Below are positions 60,579 to 62,218 of a stretch of 62,218 nt of DNA, in pieces. A model generated the notes under the pieces. The model worked only from the letters and a program-made list of their open reading frames with translations. It made no database searches and had not been told where the DNA came from. A program made the translations under genes and the position numbers. How positions within the stretch are numbered: position 1 is the first letter of the stretch; each line of letters opens with the position of its first letter. This DNA comes from Candidatus Kerfeldbacteria bacterium (GTDB taxonomy: Bacteria; Patescibacteriota; Patescibacteriia; UBA9570), in NCBI GenBank assembly GCA_016182495.1, contig JACPGK010000020.1, positions 1 through 62,218 of the forward strand. The letters run 5' to 3'.

Positions 60579-61670
60579 ATGTGGTGGTATAGCACTATTT
60601 TTATCGGTGCGGCTGTCCTAGCGGCCGGGCTGACAGTAGTAGTAATGTATCTGGCCACTCAAGCTGGTATTGTTGATCAATCAAGTACGGCTCCACAGCG
60701 TAAACGACAACGCCAAGCCAAACCCTTACTAGGAGGCCTGGCTATGTATGGAGCAATCACGGCATTGACTGTATACCTATGGCCATATATCACCACAGGC
60801 TACTTGTTACCGAAACACCTGCTTGGTGTACTGGTCGCAGGGGGCGTGGTGATGATTGGTGGAGTGTGTGATGATATTTGGCAGTTATCACCCAAGCAGC
60901 AGATTATTTTTCCGCTGCTGGCCTGTTTCATTATCATCGCTAGCGGTATTGGCATTGACTATATTACCAATCCACTGGGTGGAATTTTGAATGTACAGCA
61001 GTGGGAAATTGTGTTGGTTGAATGGCGAGGCTTACCATATCACCTTACCTGGTGGGCCGATTTGTTTACGCTGCTATGGTTGATGGGCACAATGTACAGT
61101 ACAAAAATGCTTGATGGTTTAGATGGCCTAGTACCCGGCATTGGTGTGATTGGTGGCCTGATTATTTTTTTATTGAGTATTTCTACAACTGTTGCTCAAC
61201 CCGAAACCGGCTTGTTAGCTTTGCTTTTTGCTGGAGCCGCCGCCGGATTTTTAGTATGGAATTTTTCACCGGCCAAAATTTATTTAGGCGAAGGTGGTTC
61301 ACTGCTATGTGGTTTAATGTTAGGAACACTCGCAATTCTATCTGGTAGTAAAATTGCCACTGCCGTATTGATTTTAGGGTTGCCAATTATTGATATGGTA
61401 TGGGTGATTGTACGCCGCCTCCTCATTGAAAAACGGTCACCATTTAGCGGCGATACTTTGCATTTACATTTTCAATTGCAGGCGTTAGGGTTATCTGATC
61501 GCACAATCGCTGTGATATTTTATGCTATTACCGCAGTGTTTGGTGTGAGTAGCTTGGTAGTAGCTGGTCCGCAAAAGATGGCTATCTTGGTGGTATTAAT
61601 ATTATTATCTGTTAGTTTGATAACATGGCTGTATATTCGCGTGCAGCGGGAGCAATCATCTTCATCATAG
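60579..61670 (+). CDS. MraY/WecA/TagO family polyprenyl-phosphate sugar-1-phosphate transferase
   Basis: P.LGGLA, G..DD, DGLDGL, WNF.PAKIYLG, HLH. Confidence 0.92.
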   Translation: MWWYSTIFIGAAVLAAGLTVVVMYLATQAGIVDQSSTAPQRKRQRQAKPLLGGLAMYGAITALTVYLWPYITTGYLLPKHLLGVLVAGGVVMIGGVCDDIWQLSPKQQIIFPLLACFIIIASGIGIDYITNPLGGILNVQQWEIVLVEWRGLPYHLTWWADLFTLLWLMGTMYSTKMLDGLDGLVPGIGVIGGLIIFLLSISTTVAQPETGLLALLFAGAAAGFLVWNFSPAKIYLGEGGSLLCGLMLGTLAILSGSKIATAVLILGLPIIDMVWVIVRRLLIEKRSPFSGDTLHLHFQLQALGLSDRTIAVIFYAITAVFGVSSLVVAGPQKMAILVVLILLSVSLITWLYIRVQREQSSSS

Positions 61671-62083
61671 GTTTGGTGGGATGTGGTTCGTCAACTGTTA
61701 GTACGACGGTACAATTTTCAAATCCTAGTAATACCCAAGTAACTGTTACTATCGCCGATACTGCTACTGAACGCAGTCAGGGTTTGGCTGGAACTCGCCA
61801 ACTAGCCCAAGATCACGGGTTATTATTTGTGTTTCCTAGCAAAGCTAGCCATGCCTTTTGGATGAAAGGAGTAAGTTATCCCATTGATATTATTTGGTTG
61901 GACGATAGTACGATTGTTGATGTTACCGCCCAGGTTCAGCCGGAACTGGCCGCTACTCCAGAAACAGCTTATCAACAGTATTTACCTAACCAGCCAGTCA
62001 ACCAAGTGCTGGAAGTACCGGCTGGTTTTATCACCGAGCAGGGCATAATGGTTGGTCAGCAGATTACCATTCGGACGAGGTAA
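61625..62083 (+). CDS. DUF192 family protein
   Basis: IADT..ER.QGL, GLLFVF, FWMK...PIDIIW, VLEVPAG. Confidence 0.9.
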   Translation: MAVYSRAAGAIIFIIGLVGCGSSTVSTTVQFSNPSNTQVTVTIADTATERSQGLAGTRQLAQDHGLLFVFPSKASHAFWMKGVSYPIDIIWLDDSTIVDVTAQVQPELAATPETAYQQYLPNQPVNQVLEVPAGFITEQGIMVGQQITIRTR

Positions 62084-62141
62084 CTATTCACCTTTATCCA
62101 GCACCCTTTAAAACACTGAAGATTTTTGCTAAACTGTAAGT

Positions 62142-62218
62142 ATGACCATGCAGGAAGAATTAGGGAAACTACGTGTTGAAGCCGGTGGTTTACGTAAGAA
62201 ATTTGCAGATACCTGGAA
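62142..62218 (+). CDS. 5' fragment of a leaderless gene cut by the window end, possibly the first frame of prfB
   Basis: TG-c-TAAACT 62130-62135, ATG 7 nt later; MTMQEELGKLRVEAGGLRKKFADTW is open to the end; only 25 codons visible. Confidence 0.45.
   Translation, partial: MTMQEELGKLRVEAGGLRKKFADTW

Overview
Single-strand (all +) bacterial chromosome segment using genetic code 11. It is most likely from a Patescibacteria/CPR organism: L30 is missing from the spc operon, core genes lack SD sequences and are often leaderless, and there is a type IV pilin cluster. This assignment is inferred, not searched. In order, the window holds: the tail of a beta-helix/Fn3 surface protein; AbiEi-AbiEii and MNT-HEPN toxin-antitoxin pairs; pilD plus four minor pilins; ligA-gatC-gatA; a response regulator; ndk; a vapBC pair; a 14-gene, 13.5-kb operon for the whole shikimate, Trp, Phe and Tyr pathway; an accessory patch (25.6-32.4 kb) with GC-rich orphan ORFs inside structured RNA, an M20 peptidase, a probable 6S RNA, DUF559 with REP-like palindromes, a class III nucleotidyl cyclase and a PlsC-HAD fusion; leuACDB-ilvE; tdh-kbl-fdx; and the str/S10/spc ribosomal cluster through secY-adk-map, followed by ruvX, an mraY/wecA-like gene and DUF192. 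The main discoveries lie in unannotated spacers. (1) A near-leaderless 27-aa leader peptide containing F-N-W-Y-W-F-Y, with terminator and antiterminator, predicts one attenuator sensing all three aromatic amino acids for the entire pathway. (2) A leaderless Leu attenuator precedes leuA. (3) A third attenuator of the same design, with unknown input, precedes a fold-back RNA cassette whose 5' and 3' UTRs pair around a 99-aa orphan ORF; a nearby 49-aa Pro-rich ORF has a related leader motif.
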